This document shows positions 52,953-64,000 of a DNA stretch of 64,000 bases, in pieces. Source of the DNA: Eledone cirrhosa (lineage: Eukaryota); the NCBI GenBank assembly GCA_964016885.1, contig OZ024742.1:127472001-127536000 (forward strand), in the 5' to 3' direction. Each line of letters opens with the position of its first letter. Positions within the stretch are counted from its first letter, which is position 1. The notes under the pieces were generated by a model. The model ran no database searches, was not told the origin of the DNA, and saw only the letters and a program-made list of their open reading frames with translations. The position numbers were made by a program, and so were the translations under genes.

Positions 52953-53277
52953 ATGATACATGCTGTTACTGTCTTCCTTGTACTTCGCAACACCTTATCA
53001 CGTTCTCATAGGTGCTACTCAGCTCTTTGTGTGCCGTTGTGGAGACCCAGTTGTTTGATCGAAATTGGTGTTAACAGTAAAAATATATGTTTGAATACAA
53101 TAAATAGTTCAAGAAAATTGTCCTCGAATAACCTTTATCTTTATCAAATTATCCCATTCCATTACGACTTGCCGATTAACAATTCTTACATCAACAGATC
53201 CCGAATCCCAACAGACAAATCGAGTAAACTTTTCCACACTTACACCGCGCAAAGAAACATGCTTTCGGATAAAAATG
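52953..53277 (+). CDS. Candidate first coding exon with a mitochondrial-presequence-like N-terminus
   Basis: 108 open codons from ATG in non-repeat, CpG-retaining sequence; Arg/Ser/Leu-rich and acid-poor start; donor AATG|GTAGGT at 53278. No downstream exon found in the window. Confidence 0.45.
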
Positions 53278-55924
53278 GTAGGTGGAAATAAAATTTGATT
53301 TTTTTTTACCAAATATGTGTGTGTGAGCGTACATGTCCATTAATCTACGTAGTAAAAATTTGTGTTCTATCGAACATGTAAACATAACGTAATCAACCAC
53401 ATGATCCGCTACACGTTGCCTTTAATAACACAAAGCAACGGGATATTAGTGTGTTGCATTTGCTGCAACACTGCCTACAAACCAAAACTTCGTTGTGCAT
53501 AGGGAGGAGCTTCGACTTGCTAGAAATAGCAGTCAAGTTCACTCCAAGCACACCCTATTAGCTTAGAAAAGGAAACGGTTCTGTACATAAGAAAAAGATG
53601 GCATTGCCACAGCTGAAATATATTTGACTATAAGTCTACTTTATTAGGACTGACCAGTGCCTAAACAACAGCAACCAAAACATCAACATCTTATTACTGC
53701 GTTTTAGTTTCTGTAGAATCTTGTCTTTTTTTTATGCACGACAAATAAATAATGTTTTTTGTTTTTTTTTTACAATAGATCCATCCTCCCGTGGCTAAAA
53801 GATTGTTATAGTTTATGTCACCTATATGTAACTACGCAGTTTTCATATCCCCTCAAATCTGGAACAAGCCGAAGTGTTCATGGTTGATAGAAAAATGCGC
53901 AATGGTCTTTAGTTAGATTCTCATATGTGACGCCACTATCAGCGACTCATTCGTTCCTTCTCGTCATATTTTGGATGCTGCGGCATATGTGATGGTTGCT
54001 ACATCTGTAGCCCAACAGACTACATTTTTGAAATACCATGAATTATCGTTCAACTCTTTTGCTGCCTGTTTAGGAAATAGATGCAACTCTTACTACACCT
54101 GTGACATTCATGGGAGCTGGGCAGCTGACAAGGTTTTCGTTATTTTTGGCAGCTTGCCGAAAGTATCAGGTGATACTAGCGAGAGTGCTTGGCTATTCCA
54201 ATGCTTTAACACCCGCGGTTACGTCGCTGTGTCCCCTGTTGTAGTGCGTCATGAATCGAGTGTGCTTGTCCTCTTTCTCTCTTTTCTGCTGAATCGTTAC
54301 ATATTTAGTCATGATACAAAACCGGTCGTGATGAAATTTTCTTTTCATCCTTCCAGTGCTCGATAAAATAAAGTACCAGTGAAATACTGAAGCCAGCTAT
54401 CACCAACTCCTCCCCACCTCAGTGTGTCTGTGACCTTGTACTAGTGATGTGAAATTGGTGACACACTTTCTTAAATCCTTGACATGTTATATTACAATTT
54501 ACATAAGTTCAAAACGATCTGCTGTTGTTTAGCCCCATGTAATATGCTTTCCTGCGTGACCATCTATTTGGTCTTTCTGGAGTTAATTAAGCTACATTAT
54601 TTAATGTGTCCTGTATTTATATAAACGGTAGGGTGTGGTTTGAAAGGAATCTGGCTGCTTTTTCTAGTCGTTTCGTACCTCACTGTTACTGTCTGCGACT
54701 CAAATATTGTTTCTTTTTAACATTATATTTGAGTCTTCACTGGGACACGGACTAAAACACCGCAGGACAATCCACAACTCCTACCAGATAAAAACCCCAA
54801 CAGTAAAAAAAAAAGATAAACTCATACACATGCAGTGTACTTAATTCCATCACCCCAGGACGTCAGTAAGCAAAAAAGCATGAAGATATACCACAATGCA
54901 TCTCATCTAATGTTCTATCAATTTTGTTAATTGAACTACTCTGGACTAGTACTTTATCGACTCTGAAAGGATGGACAGCAAAGTTGACCATGACAGAATT
55001 TAAAATCAGAACACAGACAACTAGAACAAACATCGCAAGACATGTTATCCCAATGTTCTAACAACTCTGTTAATTCGCTGCCATACATTTCATAAATAAA
55101 CATTCATGAGCTCAACTGGTCTCACTAGAGGATCCAGCTAGATCAATTGTTTCTGACAGGACCCACTGGAAGACGTGCTTCAGGACGCTGTTCCCATTAC
55201 CCTCCCAGAGATATGTCGGCAAAGAAGAAAAAGAACATCCATGCTCAGTTGTCATTAGGTAAGGTATCCAGCTATAGAAAAAATACCAAAACTAAATATT
55301 TGAGCTAGATGTGGTCATCTGATCAGTCTACTCTCAGAACATAACAACCTTTCTTAAGCATGGGAAAATAGATGTTAATGATGATGTGCTTTCTCCTTAC
55401 CCCTGCCACGCACCTTGGTATCATGATAGAATAAACCTAAGTCCACTCTATGAGGTGATAGTGCTGGTAACATGATAAACAGCACTCAATTCACTCTGTA
55501 AAGTAATAGTGCTGGTGCCACAAAAAATGCTCCTGGTCCATGCTGTAAAGTGTTTGGCATTAGGGAGAGTGGAAGGGCGTCCAGCTGTAAAAAACACGCC
55601 AAAAGTGGAACCATGATCACCTGACCTGACCTGTCTGGTCTCAAAATACCAAACTGTCCAACCTATGCAGGCTTGGAAAATAGATGTTAAATAATTGTTT
55701 CTACTTTTGGCACAAGGCCAGCAATTACCCAGTGCATTACTGGTACTTTATTTTATCGACCCCGTAAGGATGAAAGGCAAAGTTAACCTCGGCGGGATTT
55801 GAACTCAGTCCGTAAAGGGACGTAACTGTGCTGCAAAGCATGGCGTCCGACCCTCTACCAATACTGCCAATCCACCGCCCTATAGATGTTAAATAATGAT
55901 ACCATATATATAGATATCGTCTTT

Positions 55925-56300
55925 TTCACCCACTTATTCCTGAGAGGAGTAGAGTCCTCAAACACTCTTTTCAGTGGGTCCTGTCAGAAGCAACCGTTTC
56001 CAACTGATCTGGCTGGATCCCTAAACGAGACCAGCCAATCTCATGGATGTAATCCAATTATCTTGCTCAGGGGTCTACTCCTGGGTCTCCTGCCGGTTGG
56101 TTTTACCCGTAAGATCTGTCCAGCGATTCTTTCCTGAGACAGTCTAACCACATGCCCATAGTAGTGGAGCTGTGAGTTCTCAATTCGGAGTAGTAGTGGC
56201 TCTACCTGGAGTGACTCTCTGATCTCCGAGCTATGCACTCTATCAAGTAACATTACTCCAAACATCCTTCGGAGGAACCCCATTTTGGCCGTTTGTATTT
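55925..56300 (-). mobile_element. RTE LINE (family B) 3' fragment
   Basis: MGFLRRMFGV...SQLHYYGHVVR peptide. Confidence 0.85.
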
Positions 56301-57639
56301 GTGAGGTGGGGAGAATACTTTGCTGATCTAAACTCGATCACAACAGCATCTGATGTACACAAATTGGCTAGCTTCAAATTGTCCTCTTTCTAATTCCTTT
56401 ATTATCTAGGTGCACACATTTGTGTGTTTGACACCCACTAAGATTGACTTTATCTTTATTAAGCAATCATATATGAAAATTGAAATAACTACATTTTAAG
56501 TATTAAATTGAATGCAGTCTGGATTGAATCACAGTTACCTTTTCATTCCTTTTTTTTCATTTCATTTATATTATGAAATTATTTAATGCAGCCCCTGAGT
56601 GTAGTGTGTTTTAGTTAAATATTTTATCCTCTGTGCATATAACTTATCACACCTTACTTGCAATTCTATTGAATTTTGTCATAACTAATGCTAGTATTGA
56701 AAAAATAGACGTTAAATGGTGATGATGATGATTTATATGGCAGGAGTAAGTGAAAATGTTTGATATTGTATATGACATCCACACAATTCTAATATCATTT
56801 CTTTGTTAGTGATTTACCTCTTAAAACTCAAGTCTCTACTCATTTTAAAAAGTTCTTTAAGTATTAAAATATTTCAAGAAAAACAATAATCTATAATGTT
56901 CAATCAGTTTCAAATTCGTTAATTTAAATTTGTATTTTCACTTTAAATGCATGAATTAGCTATATGGTATTTACACAATTAAATTATTATGTATAATGTT
57001 CATATAGAATGTGTTATTTATCTGTAGCACAGCGCATTAGACACCTGAATGCTATAAACAGTTTAGAAAACATGAATTTTAAAAGGTTCTTTAAGAATTA
57101 AAATATTTCAAGAAAAACAATCTCTCTATCTCTCTATATTCTACTAAAACTCGATGATTACTTGCTTGTCTGTAATGTAATACAGCCAGAAGGGTGCATA
57201 ATGGGAAAATACTTTGAAAAGAAGTTGTCCCTGAAATGGGAATACAAATGGAATAAAACAAGTTCCTGAGATATGGGTTTTTTCCGGGTACCTTCATAAA
57301 CAGAGAAAGAGAGACATAGAGAGAGGGAGGGGAGACAGAGAAGGAGAATGGAAGAGAGAGAGCTGTTGGTGTTGGGTACATGTGTGTGTGTGTCTAACCA
57401 GTGTATATAGATCAGACATCCACATAGATATATACACACACACATACACATTTCATTTTCATTTTTACGTCCGCTTTTCCCTGCTTGCAAGGGTGGGACG
57501 GGAACTGATTCTGGCTTGATTTCTACAGCTGGATGCCCTTCCTAACACCAACCTCATTTACAGTGAGTGCTGTGTGCTTTTTTGCCGTGGCACCTCCACG
57601 ACCACTTTGCAGTGGAATGATAGGAAACCCAGTCCCTAT

Positions 57640-57780
57640 CACCTCATTTCTACAGCTGAGTAAACTGGAGCAATGTGAAATAAAGTGTCTTGCTCAAGGA
57701 AACAACACATCACCCGGTCTGAGAATTGAACTCACAACCTTTCGATTGCAAGGCCAATGATCTAACCACTAAGCCAAGTG

Positions 57781-57782
<2 letters not shown>
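57640..57782 (-). mobile_element. tRNA-derived SINE followed by (CT)n
   Basis: Minus strand TGGCTTAGTGG A box, GAGTTCAATTC B box and CTTGAGCAAGACACTT. Confidence 0.75.
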
Positions 57783-57850
<68 letters not shown>

Positions 57851-57859
57851 AAAAAAAAG

Positions 57860-58175
57860 AACAAAAGATGGTTAAAAGAGTTCCATGTATTTTATTATGC
57901 GCATTTCAAAAACAAATATCATCATGCAATAATATTTGTGTTTTCATCAGATAAAATAGGAAGACATGATATGAAGGTTAAAAAACACTTGTGGGTAGTG
58001 CAGTTTTAAATCAACATATTTGTTTTTGAAATGCGCATAATAAAATACATGGGTCTCTTTTAACCATCTTTTGTTCTTATATATTATGTATACTCAAGTC
58101 CTACAAACTGTAGAGTGCTTCTTATCCGATATCTGCATTGCTTTATTGTACTACAATAAAACTCACCTCCTACAT
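57860..58175. mobile_element. Penelope-like inverted pseudo-LTR pair
   Basis: 57860-58018 matches 19547-19706; 58016-58077 is the reverse complement of 57860-57919 and continues into the tail also seen at 20681-20760. Confidence 0.8.
57888..57958 (-). ncRNA. Type I hammerhead ribozyme, second copy of 19576-19646
   Basis: Same core CTGATGA...GAAATGCGCATA and 8-bp stem I. Confidence 0.9.
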
Positions 58176-59089
58176 ATATATATATATACGTATACACACA
58201 CACACACGTATATATATGGGCCTTCCACTTTCATTTCACATTATATACATGTCTGTGTATATTTTAATTATTTTTAAGAGAACATGATTTAAAAAAGATA
58301 TTTTGAAGTGAATGTGACCCAACGGGTCACAGGTGGTCTAGCAATATAATAAAGGGAGTGCGGGACAGCATCCCTTTTATAATTTTTTATCCCGTTAGTA
58401 AAATAAATTGGATTACTTTGAATAAGTAATGAATGAATATTAAGTAATTTATCTACTAAATTTTGTAGCTCTTGATTAAACATAAATATTCTTATATATA
58501 AAGTATTGCTTATTTTAAGATTCACTTCTTTAAAATTTTCAAATGTCAATATTTCCGGTTAGCGTCCGTTATATTATAACACTTATTACATCACTTATAT
58601 AAACGTTCATATATTTCCATCGTTATATAAGATTTATATTTAGGTCACTAATTTTCTACTTTTCCGTTTCCATAAAATTTTAGTTTATTATATATGGAGT
58701 TTATACATAATATTGTCTTTTTTTTAATGTATCATGGATTACTTTACTGATTACAGAAGAGAGTGTAACACAGTCTCTCTTCAATTTCTGTGCATATTAC
58801 ATGCATATATAGTTGCATATAATATTAATATACACACTACACATGGTAGCAGAAAACCACCCTTTGTGTGTTTTTTTTGCTAGTAAACCATAATTTTCAA
58901 TCAGTTTCAAATTAGTTAATTTAAATTTTCATTTTCACTTTAAATGCATGAATTAGCTATATGGTATTTACACAATTAAATTATTTTGGGCGGTTTTCTG
59001 CTAGCAATTGTAGTGTACATATTGGTTTTATATGCAAATATATATGCTTATAGATATAATATGTAAATTGAAAAGTAAATTGACAATAT

Positions 59090-59722
59090 CTTCTTCGCCC
59101 ACTTATTTCCGAGAAGGTCGTGGGGGCAGAGTCCTTCTCAAACATTCCTTCCAGCGAGTCTGTCAGAAGCAAACATCTCTAACTGATGCAGCTGGATCCC
59201 AAAGTGTGACCAGTCAAGCTCATGGATGTTATCCAACTATCTTGCTCAGGGTCTACCTCTGGGTCTCTTGACAGTTGGTTTTGCCTGTAAGATGTGTCCA
59301 GCGATTCTTTACTGAGACATTCTAACCACATGCTCATAATATCGGATTTGTGATCTCTCAATTCGGAGAAGTAGCGGCTCTACCAGGAGTGACTCTCTGG
59401 TCTCTGAGCTATGCACTTTATCAAGTAACGTTACTCCAAAGACCCTTCGGAGGAATCCTATTTCTGCCATTTGTATTTGCAATTGTATTCTTTTGGTCAT
59501 TACTCAAGATTCATGATCCTCAGTAAGAATTGGCAGGAATACCAGGAAGACAGCGAGTTTGGCTTTTACTCCTTTCTTCTGATTGCTGAATGCTGAGGCT
59601 GGCACATTACTGCATCAGCTTTTGCAATTCTGGCACTTAATTCAGCCTCCTGCATTCCATCACTCATGAACAGGGCTCCAAGATACTTGAACTTCTCTAA
59701 CTGCTTCAGTAGGACTCATTTC
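59090..59722 (-). mobile_element. RTE LINE (family B) 3' fragment
   Basis: MTKRIQLQIQMAEIGFLRR...SQIRYYEHVVR peptide. Confidence 0.85.
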
Positions 59723-59936
59723 ACATATATATAAATTTGAGGGACTTCTGTCCACTTGTCCATCACACAATGTATATGTGTGTTTGTGTGAATGTATGTG
59801 TGTAAAAGGAAGGAAAGGAATACACACATATATATGTCAAACTTAAAAACAGTGACACACACACACACATGTCTCTAATTTAAGAACACCGACAAACTCA
59901 TGCGTGCACATACACACGCTGTTCTATTACCACTCA

Positions 59937-60400
59937 ATAGCTTTGGCCCGGGCAAACATCCCCTCAATTTTGGAACCGTCTGGGTTGTCCAGAATTGATG
60001 GGAAAAGACTTGACGGTCTTACTCTGGGCTCCTGGTCAAGAGGCAGATGCTTTGTCTGGGACATCACAGTTAGTGGCTCTTTTGCTTCTTCCCACATCCT
60101 CGATGCAGCAGTATGTGCGAGAGCCACAGCATCCACAGCTGAACAGAACAAAATCCTAAAATACCATGTTCTGTCAGCTAACTACATTATCCAGCCTGTG
60201 ACGTTTGAGATGTTTGGGGGAGTCAGGCTACTGACAGCGAGGTTCTTATCTTCACTGGCGGCTCACCAAACAGAGGTAACTGGTGATGCTCGTGAGGGCA
60301 CTTGGTTGTTCCAGCACCTCAGCCTCACCATTACCCCAGGTAACGCTGCGACCGTGCTGGCTTGCCTCAAAAATTATTAGAGAGGTTTCCCAGTGCTCCT
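59937..60400 (+). mobile_element. CRE-like retrotransposon (second family) 3' fragment
   Basis: ILEPSGLSRIDGKRLDGLT...WDITV peptide; homologous to 61440-61900. Confidence 0.85.
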
Positions 60401-60619
60401 CGCTACATTGCTATCATTGGCTCTGGTAGCATCTTGTTTTTTCCATTCTTTCACCTGCGTATTGTTCTATGGGGTCTAAGATGTGGGTATTATGTGCTTG
60501 TTTATTTTTTCTCCTTTTCCTTTCCTTTGTATATATTATATTTGTTAGTGTTTTCGTTCTGTAATCATATTAAATTTTCATACAAATGAGTTTTTAAAAA
60601 AAGAGTTAAACTGTGTTGT

Positions 60620-61075
60620 TAATAATAATAATAATGAAATTATTGTGTACAGTGCTCAGGTGCACTACAACTCATCAAAGGTGCATGTATAGTACATAGA
60701 ATAATGTACAAATGTCAGGAAAATGAACAGTGTATGAGTCATGATATAATAACAATAACAATAATGAAATAGTGTGTACAGTGCCCAGGTGCACCACAAC
60801 TCATCAAAAAAGTGCATGTACAGTACATAGGGCAATGCACAAACATCAGTAAAATGAACAGTGCACGAGTCATGATACACACATGTGTGCATGTGTATGG
60901 AAGGGGTACATCAGGTGTAGTTTTGGCGTATTTCGGGAAGCATGAGTGTCTTAAAGGATGCAGTGTCTCGGCAGCTAACAATTGACGCAGGCAGTTTGTT
61001 CCATGCTTCAGCAACTCTGAGCGTGAAAAGATGTCTGCAAAAAGTTGTACTTTTACCCTCCTATTTCCAATTCAC
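60620..61075 (-). mobile_element. CR1-clade LINE 3' end with duplicated 3' UTR
   Basis: FTLRVAEAWNKLP...FK peptide, then two tandem copies of the UTR with (ATT)n tails. Confidence 0.8.
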
Positions 61076-61254
61076 CGAATACTATCATGACTGTATGTGT
61101 GTGTTTGTGTAAATGTATGTGTGAATGTGTGTTTGTGTGAATGATTTTGTGTGAAAGTATGTGTATTTATCTGAATGTATGTCCATGAGTGTGTATTTTT
61201 ATAAGTTTGTGTTTGCGTGATTATAGTTATATACTCATAATAGTTATATAACGT

Positions 61255-61905
61255 TGGTGGCCTACTCAGCCTGGACGAACTTCGAGTCTCCATCACCCTC
61301 AGAGTGGGAGCTGATGTCTGCATGGGTTTAAGGTGCCGATGCGGCAAACTCCTCAACTCCACAGCCCCCCACGGTCTTTCTTGCCGCCTGAATGCTGGCT
61401 GCTTCGCACGTCACACGGAGTTAAACCTCATCCTCAAGAGAGCTTTGGCCCGGGCGAACATACCCTCAGTCTTGGAACCATCTGGGTTGTCCAGAAGTGA
61501 CGGCAAAAGACCTGACGGCCTTACCCTGTGCCCCTGGTCGAGAGGCAGGAGCCTTGTCTGGGACGTCACTGTTAGTGACTCTTTTGCTCTCTCCCACATC
61601 CTGGATGCTGCGGTTAGGATGAGAGCCACAGCTTCCACAACTGAGCGGAGTAAGACCCTCAAATACTCTGATCTGTCGGCCGGCTACCTTTTTCAGCCTG
61701 TGGCTTTTGAGACGTTTGGGGAAGTCGGGCCGCTGACTGTGAGGTTCCTCTCTTCACTGGCGGCTCGCCTAATAGAGGTAACTGGCGAATCTCGCAAGGG
61801 CGCTTGGCTGTTTCAGCGCATCAGCCTCGCCATCACACGAGGCAATGCTGCGAGTGTGCTGGCTTGCCTCAAAAATCATTAGAGAGGTTGCCCAGTACCC
61901 CTCGC
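61255..61905 (+). mobile_element. CRE-like retrotransposon (second family) 3' region, open frame
   Basis: CRCG...HGLSC, RHTELN, DGKRPDG, WDVTV and QRISLAITRGNAASV motifs. Confidence 0.9.
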
Positions 61906-63079
61906 TGCTGTCTTTTGCTCTGGTGGTGGCTCCGTTGTTCACCCCTTCCTTTACATTTTCTTTACTGTTTTAAACAAGGATTTGTTTGTTTGTTTTTTTT
62001 TAGTACTGTTTGGTATTCCTTCTTAAGTTTCCATAGTTTTTCCCCTCTCTTCTTTTATTTAAACATTGCCTTTCTCCCTTCCCTTCCTCATAAACCTTTT
62101 CCTTACTTTCGTTATTTAATTTTTTTCCCCTCTTTCTTTTTCTTTTTGTTATTGCAAACATTATATAACCGAATTGAAATTTGTCGAATAAATAAAAGTT
62201 ATATACTCATACATATAGATGTATGTATGTGCACAATCATACGCGTCAGTGTGTAGAAAGTCATAATCACTCTATCTCTCTCATCACAAACTCTCTCTTT
62301 CTATGTATATATGGTAGTTGAAGTGGTGGTGGTGGCGACGATATATCGGAAGTGTAGAAATTTGTAAATTTGAAAAGAAGTCAATTTCAAATTATTTATA
62401 AATAGGAAATTTAGTACATAAATTATGTAATATTCATTCATTATTTATTCAAAGTAATCCAACTTATTTTACAAACAGGATAAAAAATCTTATTCTGGAT
62501 GCAGTCTCACACTCCTTTCTTTATTATAGTTTAGATGTTCATATAGAATGTGTTATTTATCTGTAGCACAGTGCATTAGACACCTGAATGCTATAAACAG
62601 TTTAGAAAACATGAATTTCTTACATGAGTGCTCACTTTTCAAGAGAATTACAATAGTTTTCTATTAAACCAAATATGCTTTCATTAAGAACAATTCTGGT
62701 ACATTTACAGCTACATTCCAATCTAAGCAACACCAAGTATTCTGCTAGTTGTTTTCCTTAGGGAATAAAAACAAAGAAAAAATGTAGTTAATGTAGAAGA
62801 TGTTAAATGAACAACTTGATCATAAATCCATATCTATTAAAGGTAGAAAATATATCATAATAGAAGACAGTTAAGTGATCCTAAGTGATAACATACTGAA
62901 AGCCATTGATTGATTTTGTTAACAGGTTTGCAGATGACATAGTGGCAGTAGTGTAGTGGATGGTGATCAGTTCACAGCTCAGCCCATCTCTTAGCACAAA
63001 CATCCAGCACAGAATCAAAGAGATCAGAGATAATAACAAAATCAATTATTGTGTGATATTTGACGGGTTATTAAAGAAA

Positions 63080-63640
63080 TTGGGGAGAGGAGTTGAGTCC
63101 ATGAGGGAAACAGGACCCAAGGCGGTAAATCAGACTGTTCAGTCCTGGTGCACGAGGCCTGTGACCCGTGATGTAAAAGGGCACCCAAGACTGAGTGACC
63201 AGGAGAATGGAAATGACGGGTGACAGGAGTATACAAACCAAGTCGTATGTCCCTCCTCAAATGTTCAGCAAAATAGTCCGCCATACAGCGTCCCGTTTGT
63301 CCGATGTATAAAGACTCGCAAAGGGAACACCGGAGGGCATAGGCAACATGGGAGGATGTGCTGGTGAAGGAGTGGTGGATACGGAATGACCCGTTAGGGC
63401 CTGTGAGATTGGTGAGGGTGGAAATGAAGGGACAAGTGTTGCAGCGGGGACGAGAACAAGGATGAGAGCCGGGTGGAGTCGTAGGAGAGGACGAGAAGGA
63501 ACTGCGTACCAGGAGGTTGCAGAGGCTATGGGCGTGCTTAAATGCGGTAATGGGTAGGTTAGGAAAAAAGCGAGAAGTGACGGGGTCAGAAGAGAGGGTG
63601 CGGAAGGATTAAAGGATATGTCACCGGAGTGGTAGGGTGA
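63080..63640 (-). mobile_element. Penelope-like element C-terminus: Cys linker and GIY-YIG endonuclease
   Basis: Minus strand CSRPRCNTCPF...VAYALRCSLCESLYIGQTGR...EH...HF...LIYRLGSCFPHGLN. Confidence 0.88.
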
Positions 63641-63686
63641 TATATATATATATAGAAGAGGTTCCACAACAGTTAATACACCATTT

Positions 63687-63728
63687 CCGAGAACAATTTG
63701 TTTCACCTGAAACGGATCATCAGCTCGG
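63687..63728 (-). ncRNA. Minimal type I hammerhead ribozyme motif
   Basis: ccgag CTGATGA tccgtttcaggt GAA ACAAATTGT T ctcgg; stem II is weak. Confidence 0.7.
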
Positions 63729-64000
63729 TTATATAAATATAAAATTAAAGTTGTGTTTATATATATATAAATATAGCTTCAATTTTAATTCAAACACAAT
63801 TTTTTTCTTTTTATTTCTATCTGCATAATGACTTTCTTATACACATATTCATACATATAGGGGAAAATGTCACCATTAAATTATCTGGCAATTATCCAAT
63901 TAATTGGGCCTTTATCAATATATGGTAATGTATAATGTGTTAGAAATCAATTTAAGCCTATGTAAATACATGTTTGTGAAACCTTTCTTACATAATCAAC

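Noticed and set aside
62910-63070. Second exon of the plus-strand gene, or an RT FADD motif
   Set aside because: Acceptor-like sites are followed by early stops in the required phase; the FADD match is isolated.

Overview
AT-rich, repeat-dense animal genomic DNA. The SINE families and microsatellite load resemble an octopus or other coleoid cephalopod; this is from recall and is not verified. There is no prokaryotic operon or CRISPR array. Host content is sparse: one clear coding exon on the minus strand (12338-12693) with a candidate RFX/forkhead promoter and non-coding first exon near 21.4-21.5 kb, one intact tRNA-Glu(TTC) gene (33190-33261) plus a damaged copy (20813-20886), and a candidate first coding exon on the plus strand (52953-53277). 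The rest is nested mobile DNA: RTE (two main families), CRE-like, R4/Dong-like, Tx1 and CR1 LINE fragments, tRNA-derived SINEs, non-autonomous Helitrons, a deleted mariner, hAT, piggyBac-like and Merlin-like MITEs, Penelope-like remnants carrying hammerhead ribozymes inside (TA)n tracts, and three non-autonomous tRNA-Trp-primed LTR elements. The most unusual signal is at the primer-binding sites (PBS) of the LTR elements. Two of the three have duplicated PBSs with extra sequence between them. One holds a 32-nt tRNA-Trp copy that runs past the m1A58 stop and has T exactly at position 58; the other holds an antisense gag fragment. A second notable feature is an apparent pre-tRNA-Glu retrocopy fused to Penelope-type sequence. 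All coordinates, alignments and translations were read by eye, and ends of decayed repeats are approximate.
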